Part shown: positions 1 to 14,740 of the stretch, in pieces
Numbering within the stretch: position 1 is the first letter of the stretch
How the letters are laid out: every line of letters begins with the position of its first letter
Origin: Camelus dromedarius
Taxonomy: Eukaryota
DNA length: 64,000 bases
Direction: 5' to 3'
Assembly: GCF_036321535.1 (NCBI RefSeq)
Contig: NC_087436.1
Span: 58,282,001-58,346,000, forward strand
Made by a program: the position numbers and the translations under genes
Notes under the pieces: generated by a model
What the model saw: the letters and a program-made list of their open reading frames with translations, nothing else
Told to the model about the DNA's origin: nothing
Database searches by the model: none

Positions 1-1215
1 TACAGTTCATTCTCCATGCAAAACCTGAATAATTTTAAAAATATGTAAACACGATGATGCCATTTCACTACTTAAAATTAATTCTTGCAATGACTTACGC
101 TTAGAATGAAATTAAATGCAAGATTCCTACATGAATGGCTCCTGAGTACTTTCATGATAATATATTTTTAAATTGAAGTACAATTGATTTACAACATTGT
201 GTTAGTTTCTGGTATACAGCAAAGCGTGTATATATATATATACACACACACACATAAATATTCTTTTTAAGATTCCTTTCCATTGTAGGTTATTGCAAGA
301 TATTGAGTATAGTTCCCTGTGCTATGAAGTAAATCCTTCTTGTTTATCTATTTTATGTATGGTAGTGTGTATCTGTTAATCCTATACTCCTAATTCCCCC
401 CATCCATAAATTTGTTTTCTAAGTCTGTAAGTCTGTTTCTGTTTTGTAAGTTCATTTGTATTATTTTTTAGTTTCCACATACACATAATATCACATAGTA
501 TCTCCCTTTCTCTGTCTGACTGACTTCACTCAGTATAATAATATCTAAGTCCATCCATGTTGTTGCAAATGACAATATTTCATTCTTTTTATGGCTAATA
601 TTCCATTATATATATATATGTATACAACACCTTCTCTATCCATTTATCTGTTGATGGACCCTTAGGTTGCTTCCATATCTTGACTATTGTAAATAATGCT
701 GCTATGAACGTTGGAGCACGTGTATCTTTTCAAAATAGACTTTTCATCTTTTCTGGATACATGCCCAAGAGTGGGGCTGCTGCATCATACAGTAACTCTA
801 TAGTATCTTGAATGACTTCTACCTTCAATGCCCTTTTTTCATCCATACAGCTTTCCTTTTGTTCCTTGAACATATCTAGCTCTTTTCTTACACAGGCACT
901 TTGCAAATTTTCGTTAACTCTGTCTAGAACATTCATCACTCATCACCCAGATCTTCACATGGTGAATTCCCTCAATTCAGGCTTAAATGTTTCTTCAAAG
1001 GTTTCCTTACAATTTTATCTGAAATAGCACACTCCACTCCAGTTACTCTGTATTACTTTATCTATTTTATTTTTGTAATAGTACCTAAAAAACATGAAAT
1101 TATCATCACTAGTTACTTACTTGTCTATTCAATGGTAGCTTCATACAAGCAAGAGAACTCTGCCTGTTTTTTCACTATATCCCCAGTGCTTAGAGAAGTA
1201 CCTGTCACAGAAATC
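1..1215. mobile_element. Degraded L2-like LINE fragment, split by the L1 insertion at 165-802
   Basis: Both flanks (1-160 and ~810-1215) read like decayed L2 3' region, e.g. 'ctctgcctgttttttcactatatccccagtgcttagagaagtacctgtcacag'. Recognised by eye only. Confidence 0.5.
165..802 (-). mobile_element. 5'-truncated L1 3' end (ORF2 tail plus 3' UTR), L1MA-like
   Basis: T-rich start, then typical antisense L1 3' UTR ('attgaagtacaattgatttacaacattgtgttagtttctggtatacagc') and ORF2 tail ('ccatccatgttgttgcaaatg', 'gctgctatgaac'). Confidence 0.9.
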
Positions 1216-1859
1216 AAAGATTTTTTATTTTTAGGAGAGAGTAACAATAGGTATAGACTGCATATCCCAAAAATGACAGAAACAAAGTTGAAGATTCATT
1301 TGCATATATTATGTCTACTGGAGCTCAGCCAATAAGAAGGCCAGTGTGATGCTCATATTTGAGGCCTAGGCCAGCACTAAAGTCTGCTGACCATCATCTG
1401 CTCTGCCTGCAATTCAAGGCCTGCCCTTAGACACAGCCTCTGGCAGCATAACATTGTCCTATCCATAGGGGATGTATCCATTAGTTACAATATGAAGAAC
1501 AGACCAGGCCAAGTAGAGAGTATCACACACACAGGAGGTAATAACAGAAACAATGCTAATAGGAAAATGAAACCCTTTTTTTGGTTCACAATAGATAGAA
1601 AATATGACATAAAATTTACATAGGAGTAAAAATAGCTTCTGTTGAAAAGTAATCACTTCTAGAAAAAGGAATACTTTCAGAGAAATTTTTTATTTTTTTT
1701 GAATCTTCAACTAACAAACTTTAGCTCATCTAAGTCCAGAAAGTTACTACCTTCTAAGTCTGGATATTAAAATGCTACTTCTAAATTCAATGGTTCAAGA
1801 CAAGTATTCAAATATACCAGACTCACATACCTAATTCTTAGTGATAATCATGAACTCTC

Positions 1860-2035
1860 ATAGCTTTTATATACTGTGCCAGCCACTATTTTAAGTATTT
1901 AGTAGCAATAATTCACTTAATTCCCTTAAGAACACAATGCGATCTATATCATCATTATTGCCAGTTTATAGATGAAGGCATAGAGCATGTAATTTACTGA
2001 CAGATTTGGGTAGGAACCCAGGTAATTTGATCCTA
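1860..2035. mobile_element. MIR-like SINE relic
   Basis: Degenerate MIR core 'attcacttaattcc...attattgccagtttatagatgaagg'. Confidence 0.55.
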
Positions 2036-2759
2036 CATTAATTATTCCTCACAAATATTTTATATTTCCTCTCATGGGTAGCTCCTATTCTTTAGGGTTG
2101 TCTATCTCCTTCTGTCATCTTCCAGTTCCTTGGTATCTTGCTTCTCACAAGGCAGACTCCATGAGCTCTTTCAGTGCTATGAAAAGTTCTGAGTTTTCTT
2201 CCAACACATAACCAAACTGGCTTGTGAACTTCTCTTTCAAACATGGTATAAGAGCCACCAAAGCCCTCGGAACTCTCAAGACTCTGATGTGTCCACACGT
2301 TGCAAAACATACACTGCATTCCCTTACTAGGGCAAATAACTGAGGGATCTTTGCAGCAAAATAAGAACACTAAGTATTTCATGTGTTAAGAGGTATGTAT
2401 GTTAACCTCTATAGAATTATCAGAGAAGACTATGCATTATAAGGCACACAAACATGTTTGTTTTTGATAAATCGTGAAGAATGAGCATTGAAGGGGTTTC
2501 TTCATATTGCCATTAATTTAGACATTACTGGTATCAACACAGATGAAGGACTTCCTATTTCTATAGTTAAACAACAGAAGTTACACCCTTTGAAAAAAAA
2601 CCATCATTATAACATTCTTATATTGAGTCTAAATTTTCTTTTTTTTTACTTAGTCCTGTATCTTTTTATTTTCACATATTTCTTCATTTTGGGAATTTTT
2701 TTTTTTTAACCATAGTCTTTTATATATGAGAGTTGCCTTCTTTTCTCAAATTAAATGAC

Positions 2760-3300
2760 AGTAACTCCTTGAATCCTTCTTCAGAGGTCCTGGTTTCCAG
2801 GCCATTAATCATTTTAGATGGCATTTCTAAGTCTTACACATGTCCATCTCATCGGTTTTGAAAAGTGGAAATTAAACTGCACACTCATTCTTACTCAAAC
2901 TGAGATTTGTTTTCCAATACATACTTGCAGTCATTCTACTGGGAGAATATTCAAATGTTTTGCTTTTGTTGTTTGTTTGTTTTAAACTGAAAAAAATCCA
3001 CTGTGTGCATAAGATTTGGAGCTTTCTGTAATAAGCTTTCACACTGCTTATTCAGGTTAACTCGTTTCAGAGCAACATGATTTATGCCTAGCCATCTATT
3101 TTCTATTACACTTATCTCTTATAAATACAGTATCATTGATTATGTAACATCCCTCCAATATTTTAAAGTCACAAGAAATCCAAGCTCTCTCTGTCTAGAT
3201 TTTAGTGATCCTATCCAAAGTGGTATCATTCTACATCTTACTGAAAATATTTTGGTAACATACTTGAATAAATTCAGGCTGACATATATCTAAAGGGAAA
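2760..3300. mobile_element. Possible very old L3/CR1 LINE fragment
   Basis: Loose resemblance to the CR1/L3 RT 3' region; not aligned. Confidence 0.3.
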
Positions 3301-6300
3301 TATCTGACATGCCCACAGATTATGATATTCATTGGGTTTAATTCTTTAATTCTATAAGCAGTTACTTAACTAATCATTGTTTTAAAGTGGGCTTATTAGT
3401 TATATTTGCAATAAAACTGTTTTGTATAGCAATCAGTAACAGTAAAAACTATAGGAGTCAGAGTAAGTGCTATGAATTTTCATTTATTCATCTTCCTTTA
3501 TTTATTTAATCAATTAGTGTGTACCTTCTTTTATGTTCATTACCAGATGGATTATTAAAACACAATTTTAAAATGCACTGGTTCAAAAGAGAATTGAAAT
3601 AAGTGAAATTCGTACTGTTACCATTGAAAGTTATAAATTTGCTATCTCTTTTCTAAGAATATCTCTTCCAATTTCTGCAACAACATATGTGCACATACAA
3701 AATTACACAGACACAGACATATACACACTGTACCTTTATTAATGACATCCTTTACATAATTATCTGCCATAATCTGTATTTCTGGTACATGTTTTAGTAT
3801 AACCTTATCAAAGAAAAAGCATCCCATTAGACCCCAGCGGTCTAAAAAGTTTAGTCTGAATTGTGCTGTGGTCTAGCATGTTTGTCAGAGTATCAAAAAG
3901 AACCAAATTAAAAAAACTCACTTGAATAAAAATACATTGTATTTTTTTCCCTTTCCTCACAGATATCCTAAAATGGCCACCCACAATATCCCTCATTCCC
4001 ATGAGCATTTTAAACCGTATATCCATGACTGCACAGCTGTCAGATAATTTGACTTTGTCCACTCAAACTTTTCTTTTGCTAAGAAACACTCCTACATTTA
4101 TTTAGTATTCTAGTCAAGAAATGTTATGCTTGTCACAGACCTCAGAAATCTAGGGAAAATGGGAACTCTTCTTAGACAAATACATTAATAAATACATTAA
4201 CTTGCTTACTGTGTCCATCTCTTGATTTTTTCCCCTATATGGTTAAGAGAGAATGTTACTCAAAGGAAGAAACACTAGAGGAAAGTGAAAGAATTACATC
4301 TTGCTTCAAGGGAATAGAAAGCTAGAAGTTTCGATTTTTTTTTTCCACTATTTAATCCAAGTTGCATAAATCCACTCCAGTTATTTGAGTACTTCCTACA
4401 TATGAGATACAGACTATTTTACTATAAATCTGGCTCCATATTCATCATTCCACTCAAAGTCCTTTAGAGAAAGGATATTGTTTACAGCCAACATGTGTTT
4501 AAAAAGCTGTACAGCTTTGTGGGTGTGCTTACTTACTTAATCACAGAGCTGCCTGTCTGACACAGAGAAATTTGCTCCTTTGCAAAATTCACTCCAAGGT
4601 CACTGACAGCCCTTAGAACATTGGCTCATCTGGCTGTCATCCAGCTGTCTAGTGGCTATTGAAGTTCCCCTTGTCTACATAGGTTATGATGAAAGATACT
4701 GCAGATTAGACACTTCAAGGTTCAAAACATCAAGACATAGCTAATCAAAGTGTTGTTCATGCTTTTTGACCACTACCTTTAAACTATTTAATTATTAGAA
4801 TGTTGAAATGGTTATGAATGTCAAAAGTCATATAGTATAGTATAAAAGTTTGTATTTCAAAGTGTAAAAGCTGTTCATGTCTATGTCTCATGGCTGACAC
4901 TGAAGGCAAAGAAAGGTCAAAACAAGTGTCAGAAAAGGAGCTACAAAATTGAGCCATAGCATATATATTTTATTTAACACTGAATAGAAAGCTAGATGGA
5001 AAAGAGAACACTGATTCCAGTGTGTCTATTTCTAAACACTACCTCTTTGTACTTACTCAAATTATCTGTATTTGGAAGTTTTACATTTTATGAGTTAAGG
5101 ATCCCATTTTGAGGGGACTAATTCCCTTGATTATTAAAAAGTCAAGGAACTCACTTGGTGTATATTTAGAATAGATACATTCATATGTTTGTTTCAAATT
5201 TTTATTTTGATTATTGCCCTTTAATTCACATTGTTTGAAGAATGATTATTTGTAATTAATTTCTTTACTAGTTTTCTTTTACTGCTTTGACATAACTTAA
5301 AATTTTAAAAAATTATGTTATTTTAAACCTATATGTCTCTTTTTGTTTTTGCTATTAGAAACAATTCAGTAATTATTATTATCCAAACTATTCTAAAGCC
5401 TGGTCAGGATACCACCCATATTTTATACTCTCAATATATTTTCTATTACATTTGAATATTTCTGCTTTTTTCTTAATCAAATGTATGTACAAATTGAATG
5501 TACATATGCTCCGTATGTTTGCTTTGTCCATTCCTTATGCAAAGGTGTGTTTGCCAAGAATCAACAAATGCTTTTCCATTTCTCTAGTGAAACAAATGAG
5601 AAAAATAATGTTCTTATAATTAATATTCTTTGAACATAAAATAAATATTAGCCACTAACTGAATAATTTATATTTAATTAGATACAATATGAAGTTCAGT
5701 TTTACAAATAAAAAATCACTTATCTCTAAGAATATTTTTATCAACAAATATTAGTATTTTCAAACATATATTTAAATACCTGTATAAATGACTGCTGTTA
5801 TTGGAAAACAAAGCATGTTCTTCTGCAACTTCCTCTTAATAAGAACTGAGACTTCAAAATCAACAAATATTTGGAATGAAAAGTAAGGTAGGCGTTTTCT
5901 CAAACATTTCTCATGATGCAAAAAAAGATGAAGGTTACAAAATAAGCACCGAACTTTTCAAAACATATCATTAAGTCCGGAGCAGTTTCCATAAGAAATA
6001 TTCAGTTGCTACTTCCCATCGGACCACTTCAACAGCAAGGGTCTAGGATACCTGTTGAGGGCAAGTATCATTCCTAGCACTACATCTCTTGAATTCCTTC
6101 TTGGTCCATGTGAGTGTCTGAAGATGTTCTTTCACTAGTTCTTCTTTGAACTACTGTCCTCATTCATGACTGCTGAATTTTCATATCCATCACTGATTCT
6201 AATGCCTTAACTAAAGCAACTGAGGCAGGTGGCAAAAGAGCATTAGAAGATAATAATGACTTCCCTTATATATCACAACCTGTTTCGGGGGGTGAATTCC

Positions 6301-6399
6301 CAGCTGGATGAGATAACAATACACACTGAATTCAGTGGGCAAGCCAAAGTGCCTAAAAAAAGGCATGGCAATTTATCATATTCTACAAATAGTTAGTGC

Positions 6400-6870
6400 T
6401 CAGTGTTAGGATACGAGGGTCCTGGGAATGTCTGTAAGGGACACTGGCTGACTACTTCTGCAGCATCCACCTGTCTCTCTTCTCTGGTATTCCTTAAAAG
6501 AAAATCTTACAAAGTCTATGGAATGGATCCCACCCTAGCTCCAACAGGAACTCCAATTCTGAATGGCTTAAAATTTCAGTGTATCTACTGCTTTAAAACC
6601 AATAATTGGTTTAAAGATGGACACAAGTCTAACAGAGAGATGAGGGTAAACGCCAGGATTTTGCAGAGGCTACAGAAAGGTCTCTCTCTACTCTTGGACA
6701 ACATGATGTGAGGTTATAAAAGATAGGCTGTTCCTTGACTGCTGAAATTGTGCTATCACATAGCACAGTATGGAGTTCCTGGTGGGACTAGGATAACATG
6801 TAGATTCTTGGGCTGATGGTAACACCTGGAAGTCAGAGGAGAGCTAGAGAAGCCAGGAAGGATGGTGTTG
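6400..6870. mobile_element. Old ERVL/MaLR-type LTR relic
   Basis: Motif 'ccaataattggtttaaagatggacacaagtc' resembles a conserved block of ERVL/MaLR LTRs. Boundaries uncertain. Confidence 0.35.
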
Positions 6871-9802
6871 CTGAATCTCTACATCAGACTTGAATCTAGA
6901 TTTAGCTTTGGATTTTTTTTAAACCAACACATTTCTTTGTTTATTTGTTTAAGTCAGTTTGAGGGGTTTTTATTTGTTTGTTTGTTTTGGCATTGCCTAA
7001 ACAAATTATCTTATCTGATACAGTTTTCCAATATTCCAGTATGCTTTAAATATCGAGATGGTAAACCCAGAATAAAGGTATTCAGAAATCTAAGCAAGCT
7101 AGTAACTGTCATAAAGATATGATTACAGGTATTAGAGTCTCAGTCACTAGAGGCTGGCCAGGAGAACAGAAAAGAAAGATGCAGCCAGGCAAAAGCACAC
7201 CACTGTCCCAGACCTAGGAAGAGACTGAGGAAAGGACAACCCATTACTAAAAGTAGAAATTGTAGTGTCCTGTGAATTGTCGGGTCAGAAACTCAAATGG
7301 AGGAACTTCATTAAGGAGAAATTGCATCATTAACATTTTGGAGTAGGGCTAGGTCTCAGGAATCCATGTATGAACAATGGAGAGTGGGGATTATTTTACA
7401 GGAGAGAAGGGTTGAAGCAACTGCATCTTGAGAGGCCTAATATGGAAGTCCATAACACTACCTGGGAGAATAGTTCAGTAATAAATCTACTGGATGTTTA
7501 ATAATAAACGCTTTTTTCTTCTTACCAAGATTTTTGTGAGACTATGTTGGTACTTAGTAAGCAAAGAGAGAACAATCAGGGAGCTTATAATGGTCTCTTT
7601 TCCTATATGTTGTGGAAGAGGTGTGATAGGAAAAGTAAAGAGAGCTTGATGAGAAACAAGACATATTAACAAAACTATGAATAAGAGTTGTAGAATCCTA
7701 CCTTTTTTTGTTCTGACAATGTACTTGATTATATATTCCTTAAGAATAGAACCTTTGCTTATTACTCTGCCTTGAGCGTAGGAGTGTCCCAAGAAACGTT
7801 TGTTGAATAACTCACCGTTTCTACTTTTTCTTCTAAAACTTTAGGGCAAATGCCATGTAATTTCTAGGGGAATTTTTTTTTCTTGTATATACATCAATAT
7901 AAATAAATACAATTCCTAAAGAAATCACATGTTATTCTGATAAAAGTACTAAAGATCATATAAGATTAGAGATGAGACAAGAATTTTTTCAATATCAGAA
8001 GTGAACCAAATCTACACATTTTTCTTATACTTAATAAAAAGTAACCTATTTTACTGTTTTACCATTATAAAAAGGCATTCTGTATCATTTTAGATTAGAT
8101 TATCTCTAATTTTATGTTTCAATTTCTCAGTAGTTAAATTATATAAGCTTCTCTTCAACTGAATTCATATTTATCCAGATACCACTATTATAAATTCTCA
8201 AGGATTTGAGGAATTATATTCGACAGATTCTCTATGTATTTCATTAAATACCTAATAGGAAGGCAGTACTGTTTCTAACATTGATGCTCTGAAGATAATA
8301 TATCTTTTCTACACACAATTTGCCTAATTGATAAAGACTTCTGGAAAGAAATTTGTGCTTAAGACAGACAGTGGAATGTGATCTCAGTGGTATCCAAGAA
8401 AATTATATCTCCAGGGAATATAACAATGATGTTAGGGCCCAGAAAAAAAGGAACTTGCTCAATGTGGCACAAGAACTAAGTGACAGACCAGAAGAAAAAT
8501 AATGGTTCTTCAGACACCGGGTTCATGCATACCAGTGAAACATGTTGTAAATATTTAAAAGGACCACAAGAAGCAAGATTTATGAGTTCTTCTGACTGAT
8601 AAATGGGCAAAAATTCTATCATAATTTATTCCATAAATTTAGCATTCCAAAAGCAAAACTAAGTGGTTAAGTTGCTTTCAGGTAAAAGTATCAAATAACT
8701 AGCAAATTAACAACTTAATGAGTACCCACTGTAAAGCCTACAAAGTAACTATTAAATACCACTGTGGAGGAACCTCCAGGTATAGTCTCTCATATTGTTC
8801 TCAACACTAATCATAGGATAAAACTAGATGACATTTTCTCCCAAAGCTTTGCATTTTTATAATAAAAACTGCCACAGTAAATGTATTTTAAAAGCTGTAT
8901 GCCATGTCTAGTATAACATAAATTCTCTAGATTTTAATTCAGATACTTGAAGTTACTCATGAGTTTATTCAACCATGGGTTTATTCAATGCATACCACAG
9001 ACTACTTTATAAGGCAATGTACAGTGAAATATGTCAAAGTTGATGACAATTTTAGGAAGACGTATAGGGACAGCACAAATATTTTGGAGTAAAGCAAAAT
9101 TATTGCAAGTTATTACCTAATCACTAGATCTACAATAGTTAAAAAGTAGCTGGATGCAGATTTACTGCATTCCATTCTCCGTACTTATGTAATGAAAGAC
9201 TGCTGAGAAAATTTAGTGCTTTTGGGCACTTGTTCATGAGTCAAATCATGATAGCAAGGGAGAAAAGTCCAACTCATTTACAGCCAGATTCTATTACATC
9301 ATAAATTTACATGCTGACCATGTTTCTTTTTTTTTTTTTTTTTGGTCACTTCTTTTCACTTTCCTTTTTACTTTGTAGTATTATAAGTTGTTTCAAGGTC
9401 TTTAAATATTTAAACACTTTAAGAACTTCCAAGCCTAATATGTTTACCCTGAAACCAAAGAACAAGAAGGAGACCAAAACCCGTAACTCCAAACTATTGC
9501 TCTCTTTCAAATCAGTATATGCTCAAATATATCGGGGAAACCATGGTAGGTAAACGTATTTAGAAAATTAAGTAGAAAAGTAAATATATAGTTATTTCAT
9601 ATCAAAGATATGATGACCCAAAATTCAAAAGTAATCATCCTCCAGTATTAAAACAACCCTGTTAAAATATTTAGGCTTTACCGAAATGGTGAGAAGTAGA
9701 TCAAGTGATCTATTCCTTAAGACAACAGTAAGCAGTATTAATGTGAATACATAGTCTAAACATAGACTTGCGTATGTGTGTGTGTGTGTATGTATGTGTA
9801 TG

Positions 9803-10306
9803 TGTAATAAGAAAGAAAAAAATCTGACTCCATTTTAGATCTGTTCCTTTGGCTTTACCCCGTGCTGTGTTTTCTGGACTGGTTCTGCTCCTTCTGTAAA
9901 AGAATGTTGCCTATAGCCTGAAATATACAAGATAGCCTATTCTCTAGGCTCTGCCCTTTTAGGGTATTAACACTTTTGCACTCATATATAAAGACAAAAA
10001 ATTGCAGAATAGAAAGCAGTATTTGTTTTGTTGGAGGTTTACAAGGACACCATGACCTGACCCACGTGGACAGCTGCAAGAACAATGGATTCCAACACCA
10101 AGAAGTCTGGAACAAGCACATCCCTTCCCTTTTTAGTATAAAAGGAGCCTGAATTCTGACTTCAGGAATATGGTTCTCCAGGACATTAGCCTGCCATCTT
10201 CTCGGTTTGCCAATTTTCTTTATAAAACCATTATCCCTTGCCCCAACACCTCATCTCCCAATTTACTGGCCTGTTATGTGGCGAGCAGAAGAAGTTTGGA
10301 CTCAGT

Positions 10307-10310
<4 letters not shown>
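9803..10310 (+). mobile_element. ERV1-type solo LTR (~505 bp)
   Basis: Starts TGTAATAAG, has a TATA-like 'gtataaaagg' at ~10136 and a polyA-like 'tataaa' at ~10221, and ends 'ctcagtaacg' (decayed ...CA). No internal sequence on either side. Confidence 0.75.

Positions 10311-10343
<33 letters not shown>
10310..10343. repeat. (TG)n microsatellite ending in (CG)n
   Basis: Seen directly. Confidence 0.95.
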
Positions 10344-10346
<3 letters not shown>

Positions 10347-12766
10347 TAACAAGCTGAGGCAGGAAAGAGGGAATTAAAAATAGCATATTAGGCACTGAAT
10401 AGCATTTACAAGTTATGATCAATTCAATAAAAACTACTCTAAATCAAATTATTTTTAGATATTTTCAATGCAAGTAATTTTTAAGACATGTGCTTGAAAT
10501 CAGAAATAAGTATCACGTAACTTTGTCTTTCTTAATCTATAACTTTTATCAAGGACAGTGATCATAATTTAATACATCACTATTGTCAGTGTGGGGCACT
10601 AGATGCTACTAGTTTCCTCTCATTCTATGTTTCTATCTCATTCTTCTGTGTTGAATCTATGTTGATCCCTCACTGTTGCATTTCAGAGGAAGCCACAAAT
10701 GGATTAAGCATTAGAATTTGCCAATTCATTGTATAAATTTCCATTGACTCTGCAAACCTCAAACAATGACTTTGAAATAAACGTCTCCCAAAATGGTGAA
10801 TTACTCAACATGATAATTGGCAGTCCCTTTTGGTACAAAGCTCTGTACGCAGCCAGAATGCCAGACATCTTAGAGAGCTCATTAATGAGTGGGGAAGTAA
10901 GGCATCATTACAGAGAGATAAATAACAATTTAAGAATTATTATAAAACAAAGTATGATGACTTAGCAAACATTTGCATTGCATTCAGAGAAGACTTCATG
11001 GAATGGCAATATTTGCCTTGGGCTTCAGGTGATAAAGGTTTTTAACATCAGAAAAAGAACTAAAAGATGAAACACAGTGGAAAAGTGCAAAGCACTTGCT
11101 AGAATACTGAACAGGCCACATTATTTGGAACAGAGACAATGTGGGTAAGAAGTGGGGGGAATGTTTAAAATGTTGGGACCAAGTTTATCATGGAGTTCTA
11201 TGATTTTTCATGTATTAGATCTCCGAAGAATTTAAAAACATTTATCTCCTTTTCAGCTTCTTTTCTACTCCAGTTTACTCATGTAGATGCTAAATACACA
11301 GAATAAACATAAATTTGAAAATATCAGTGGTAATCACATTTCAATCTTTTATACCAGGACAAATTCTCCATTAGGTTGGGCTGGGGAAAAACAAGAGTGA
11401 GGTAACGGAAAAGAGAAGAAAATAAATGAATGACACTTTGAGTATAGAAGAACTAAGCACATAGTATCAAGTGGTCAAGTGTAAATCCGCAATTCGAATG
11501 CCTATGTTTTAACTGGATACAAACATCTATGACAAATGTCAAAATACAAATTCTATTTATAGACACTCTGTCCATACCCAATTTTGCTAAGATTTTCCTT
11601 TTAAGAGTTTTCATTCCCAATAACAAAATGAACTAGCAAAATAAATAGCAGATGGGATAAAAGTGGCCCTTGAATCATGCAGGTTTCATTATCAAATGGG
11701 ACTACAGGAAAAAAGAAAAATAATGTATAGCCCACTATTTGCACAACTTGGACAATGATTTGTTGTGTTCTACTTTGGTTTGTGAGTTGGAATAATCAGT
11801 AAAGTGATTAGATGTTTCTATGTTTATATAAAAACATATATAATATAATATATTATATAACATGTTATATAATATAACAAGTCCCAATTATTTTATATAA
11901 AGTTCAAAACAATAAAAATAAACATAAATAAAACTACACAGCAAAAAAGAAAGACTTCTTGCTCTCATACTTTCACATGGCACTAGTGCCACCTCTCTCT
12001 AAATTTAATAGAAATCTATTACGTAGCTATCACTGTCTGAAGTGAAGAGTTTCTATGAATTAGAATTCTACATGACTGCTCATATATATGAAAATTAAGG
12101 AAAAACAGATATACAAAAAATTATATATGATATACTATAACAATAATAGAGAAATGATCGTACTTTCTTTTTTATAGAGTATTAAATACATACAGGACTA
12201 GTCTATGGTAAAATGATCATGACAGATAAGAGCCAATAAAATAAAAGATACAATAGGGTCTCACTGCACAGGGTCCCTTGCTTTGTGGCACACCTTAGTT
12301 CTTAACTCTCCTTTTTCTTCTTTTCTTATAAATTACTGGTGCTCACCTTACTATTGCATAGAACATTTTTTATGAAAAAGGCTTTGGTGAGGATGAGAGT
12401 TCATCAGATGATTGGGTATTTAAAGTTGCATTCAGAAACAAAGATGAGCCCTCTTTCTGTTTGTGGTGTTGGTATACTACAAAAGTCAGATTACTCATAG
12501 TTCAGACAACTCTAAAAATGAAATATAACAAATTTTCTACTCTACAGAGATTTGTCCAGAACTAAAATGCTGACTCTTGAACTCAAGGAATAGCACTGCT
12601 GTCCTTTCCAGAAACTTGTGCAAATTTTTTTTAAATATATAATGATCAAGAGAATAGGATCAGAAAAAATGAAATTCCTGAAAAATACAGAACAGAAGTA
12701 TAGAAGAAAAAGGCAGTAGGATACAGACTGGGGAAAGGGAGAAGGATAGAGAGGAGAGGTAGGGCA

Positions 12767-13210
12767 TGATGGGGTTCAGGACACAATACTACAAAATATG
12801 GCACCTTTACATATTAAAGATTTCAAACTGAAGGAATTTGAGAAACAGCTTGTTCAGGAAAGAATTTATGACCTCCTGAAGCAGGTCATAAAACCTCATA
12901 TGAAAGGTTCTCTCCTCATACTTGGGGGAAAGGAGCACTGTTATCTCCTAAGATAAGGGCAATCTGAACAAACAGGCCTTGCTAGGATACTATTTTGTCT
13001 TATCATATCTTTACATGACTTTCCACTCTTCATCAAGTCTAGCAAAAAAGCCACTCAGGTTCAACAATTTCTTTCTGTTGTGTGGCTCCAATGTTGCATG
13101 AATTTTATACTAACTAAATTTAAGTTTCTCTCATGTTAATCTGTCTTTGTTACAGGGGTCCCAGGCGACAAGTTAGAAGAGTAGAGAAAAAAGACATTCT
13201 CCACCTGTAG
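12767..13210 (+). mobile_element. ERV1 solo LTR, MER34/MER39-like
   Basis: Starts 'tgatggggttcaggacacaatactacaaaatatggcacc...tgaaggaatttgagaaacagc', which I recognise as the start of this LTR group. Confidence 0.65.
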
Positions 13211-14499
13211 AAGAAAGAGAAAGGGTTGAAAGAAAAAAGAAATTCAAAGTTGAAAATAAGTAGAAAGAAATGGGAAATATGTAGAAGGCAAAGTTTCAGT
13301 GGGTTTCAACAAATGGAGTGATAATAAAAAATTATGAAAGTTTTAATTTAAGAGGAGAAAAAGGTTTCAAATCATTTAAAAATTCTCTCTAAAGAAACTG
13401 TACTAACTTTCTGCTAGCATTAAGGAAAAAGTCCCTATAAGTAATGACCAGCTTTTAAAAGTTTTGGAGAGTTATTTTTTTAAACAAAATTTATTTTGGA
13501 CAATTCTCTATATTATATCAGAGATAAACTCATTATTTAAGAAAAAATGACATTTAAAATTATTTTATAATTATTTTTAATTTATTAGCACCTTGTAGTA
13601 GCACCAATGAAATATTATCTGTACACACAAAACAGTGATACTGTTTTCAAGCCAGAGTTGATACTGATTTTTATTTGTATAGCATTTTACTCATTTAATA
13701 AGATCAGACTATTAATAAAAAAATTTAAGAGCTTGTTAGTGGCAGCTAAAATGGCAGAAAAATTACTGCCACTAATGAAGTTACTGAAGATATCAATTCT
13801 GAGATAAATGTCCTTAGCCTGCACTTATAAGGATGCTAAAAAAAAATTCAGCAAAGTAACTCAAAACCCAAGCTCTGCTCTCAAACTTGTATCATAATTC
13901 TTTCATATACTAATAAACATTAAAAATGAGTATTTACTATTCATAAACCTCTGTACATGCATTATAGTTATATAAAAATGTCAATGTTCTTGACTTTCAG
14001 TGGGGGTTGGTAACATATAAACAGGAATTACTAACAGGATTTCAACACTGTAGCTCAGAAAATTAGAAAATTCTGTGGGAAAACAAAGGAAATTATCATT
14101 TTATTCTAAGGGGGAAAAGATTTCAAAATTTTTTGTTTGGAAGTTATTGAATGGACAGACAAGAGTTGAACTGCATCAAAGGCTGGAACTGAGGGAGGTG
14201 GACAGTGTAAGCAAAGGCTTGCATGGATGGACATATGTGAAACTCATGTGACTAAAGCAAAGTGATTATGAAAGGATATAATAAAAATATGAATCTGGGA
14301 AACTAAATGAGGATAGACTGAGGAGGGCTTTGAATGATGTGCTAAATGTGGGCTTTGACTAGGAAGGTATGGAAGAAATACAGACATATCTTAGTATGGA
14401 AATTATGACTCAACCCATGATTTAGAAAGATAGTTCTTAACAGGAACTACAGTTGTCGAGGAGGACTAAGTTCACAGCGATTGTAGATAGAATGATAAT

Positions 14500-14740
14500 T
14501 ACTACTACAACAATGTAAATCTCATATAGTACTTAAAATGTGACTGACTGACATAAAACGTGTCATTACAAATGTTAGTTCATTTAATCTCACAACAACC
14601 TGTAAGTATAATCGTTTGCACTATTTCATAGTGAAAGGAAATGAGACACAGAGAAGTTATGGAATTTGTCCCATACCCAATATAACAGAGACTTTGAATT
14701 TGAACTCAGACATCCTGGCTCATTTTCACATCATATACAA
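14500..14740. mobile_element. MIR SINE relic
   Basis: 'catttaatctcacaacaacctgtaag...gaaatgagacacagagaagtt...atttgaactcagacatcctggctc'. Confidence 0.7.

Noticed and set aside
7816..7832. 17-nt microexon candidate ttttag|AAGAAAAAGTAGAAACG|gtgagt
   Set aside because: Weak pyrimidine tract and directly next to an L2-like end; such AG/GT pairs are expected by chance.
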